Part shown: in pieces, positions 62,607 through 64,000 of the stretch
Position numbering within the stretch: position 1 is the stretch's first letter
Layout: each line of letters opens with the position of its first letter
Source of the DNA: a virus
Length of the DNA: 64,000 bases
Virus record (IMG/VR): IMGVR_UViG_3300011116_000922
Span: 83,411 to 147,410 of that record
Reading direction: 5' to 3' (one strand)
Notes under the pieces: generated by a model
What the model was told of the DNA's origin: nothing
Seen by the model: only the letters and a program-made list of their open reading frames with translations
Databases searched by the model: none
Made by a program: the position numbers and the translations under genes

Positions 62607-64000
62607 AGGGCATTGTTGCCCGTTCAGCGGCTTTCAGTGTAGGATCGTTGTTGCGAACCCCGCTGTTGCCGCTGTTGTTGTTGACAGTGGTGTTGTTATT
62701 GGTTGTGTTTGGAGCAATAATCATCCCGTTTCCGGGAGTCTTTGCAGTATTTTCCCATCCAACCATTTCGCTCCACTTCAAATCATCTTTTGCTTGATTT
62801 AGATTGTTGACCATATTGGCGGACTGATTGTTTACCGATGGAACTATGGTAGCAGTTGGAGCATTTGGAGCAACAATTCCTTTGGTTGCGCCCGGATCTA
62901 GTTCAATGATTTTTTTGCGGATAGCGATTGTGTCAGCCCCTACTCCATTTTTCGCTTCGTATTCATTCAGGGCACGAATTGCGTCTTTACCAGTAAAACC
63001 GTTTCCGGGAGTTGCAACAAGCAAGGGAAGCATTCTTGGATCTTTTGCTGCCGCATTCTTGTAAGTAGACGAATTCTGTTGTGCTTTTATTCTTTGGTCT
63101 GCTTCTTTTCCTTGGCGTTCAATATAATTTTGTTTTGCTTCGTCAAATCCAATTAGCGTTCCGAAACCGCGATCACCTTCCAAATAGTCGGTGTAATCGG
63201 TTCCGAATACAGCATCTACTCCTCGCAAAATCAAATCCGCAGCACCCAATCCCAAAAGGCTTCCCGCTGTTATTGCTGAAGTAAAAGATGTTGTCACGGC
63301 AATCATCAGTTCTCCGACTAGAATTCCTAGTATTCTTGCCACCATAGGCAACCATCTCAATTCGATGAACGGAATAAGCACCGCTGCCCACAACCATTTA
63401 AATCCTTTGCTCAATGACCCGATGATGCCACCTGCTCCTGCCCCTGCTGCTCCAGCGACCGCACCGCTTTCTGCATCACCTAATAGTTTGCTAAAACCCA
63501 ATGCTTCCATTAGGCTTTTAGACTCGGGTTTTCCTTTCCCGCTTCCTCCACCCATCAATGCCTTGAGTTTAGCGAAGAGTCCGTTCTTGGAATTTTCGGC
63601 TTCTCTGCGTGCTTCTTCGTTTCTCAGTTCTTCTTCTGCGGGATCGTACCGATCTATCATCACTTTCTTGATGTCGATCACATTTGCAAGCATCTTTTTG
63701 CTGTTTTCTTTTTGTTCTCGGGCTTCTGCCGGATCGAAACGATTCATCAGGAATTGCTTCATGTCAACCACATTTGCAAGAATTTCACCAAGGGTGATGA
63801 CTACTTGTCCTGACATTTGCACTACCGTAGATCCACCGGGAATCGGTGGCTCTGCTGTGACTGTTATTGTTGTCACGGTAGATCCACCGGGAATCGGTGG
63901 CTGTGTTGCCCCTATGGATTCACCGGGAATCGGTGGCTGTGTTGCCACGGTAGATCCACCGGGAATCGGTGGCTGTGTTGCCCCTATGGATTCACCGGGA
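62605..64000 (-). CDS. partial tape-measure/baseplate-hub-like (gp29-type) protein; starts beyond the window
   Basis: Frame open to window edge; helical, hydrophobic mid-region, IIAPNTTNNNTT tail. Confidence 0.55.
   Translation of the reverse strand, partial: PGESIGATQPPIPGGSTVATQPPIPGESIGATQPPIPGGSTVTTITVTAEPPIPGGSTVVQMSGQVVITLGEILANVVDMKQFLMNRFDPAEAREQKENSKKMLANVIDIKKVMIDRYDPAEEELRNEEARREAENSKNGLFAKLKALMGGGSGKGKPESKSLMEALGFSKLLGDAESGAVAGAAGAGAGGIIGSLSKGFKWLWAAVLIPFIELRWLPMVARILGILVGELMIAVTTSFTSAITAGSLLGLGAADLILRGVDAVFGTDYTDYLEGDRGFGTLIGFDEAKQNYIERQGKEADQRIKAQQNSSTYKNAAAKDPRMLPLLVATPGNGFTGKDAIRALNEYEAKNGVGADTIAIRKKIIELDPGATKGIVAPNAPTATIVPSVNNQSANMVNNLNQAKDDLKWSEMVGWENTAKTPGNGMIIAPNTTNNNTTVNNNSGNSGVRNNDPTLKAAERATMP
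63825..64000 (-). repeat. 33-nt tandem coding repeat (ATQPPIPG(G/E)S)
   Basis: CACCGGGAATCGGTGGCT recurring; alternating GST/ESI units. Confidence 0.9.

Noticed and set aside
1-64000. Stop-codon reassignment
   Set aside because: Core genes translate full-length in the standard code; no suppressor tRNA seen

Overview
A 64 kb segment of a large T4-like (myovirus) phage genome. Recognisable core genes are thyX, class II nrdJ, gp33, gp32, a gp68-like core protein, the CobS/CobT-like AAA+/VWA pair, a cytidyltransferase, a RuvC-like nuclease and an exonuclease. Layout: 0-9.6 kb holds nucleotide metabolism and fibre genes. 9.6-32 kb is a minus-strand late region with a lysis pair and many proteins carrying a T4-type capsid-targeting N-terminus. 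32-51 kb is a plus-strand, GC-rich early region of small genes behind sigma70-type promoters, with a non-coding G4/iteron-like locus. 51-61 kb is RNA-rich and contains a circularly permuted two-piece tmRNA, most of the ten tRNAs (one is an atypical Ile-UAU), tRNA-like elements and two free-standing endonucleases. The most notable items are the permuted tmRNA, an unannotated kissing-loop ncRNA, the capsid-targeted internal-protein locus with shuffled modules, five tandem paralogous MDIY genes, and a dispersed R-x-x-W-x-x-L-x-x-x-GW early gene family. Envelope genes hint at a planctomycete-like host. All family assignments were made by eye from motifs; no searches were run.
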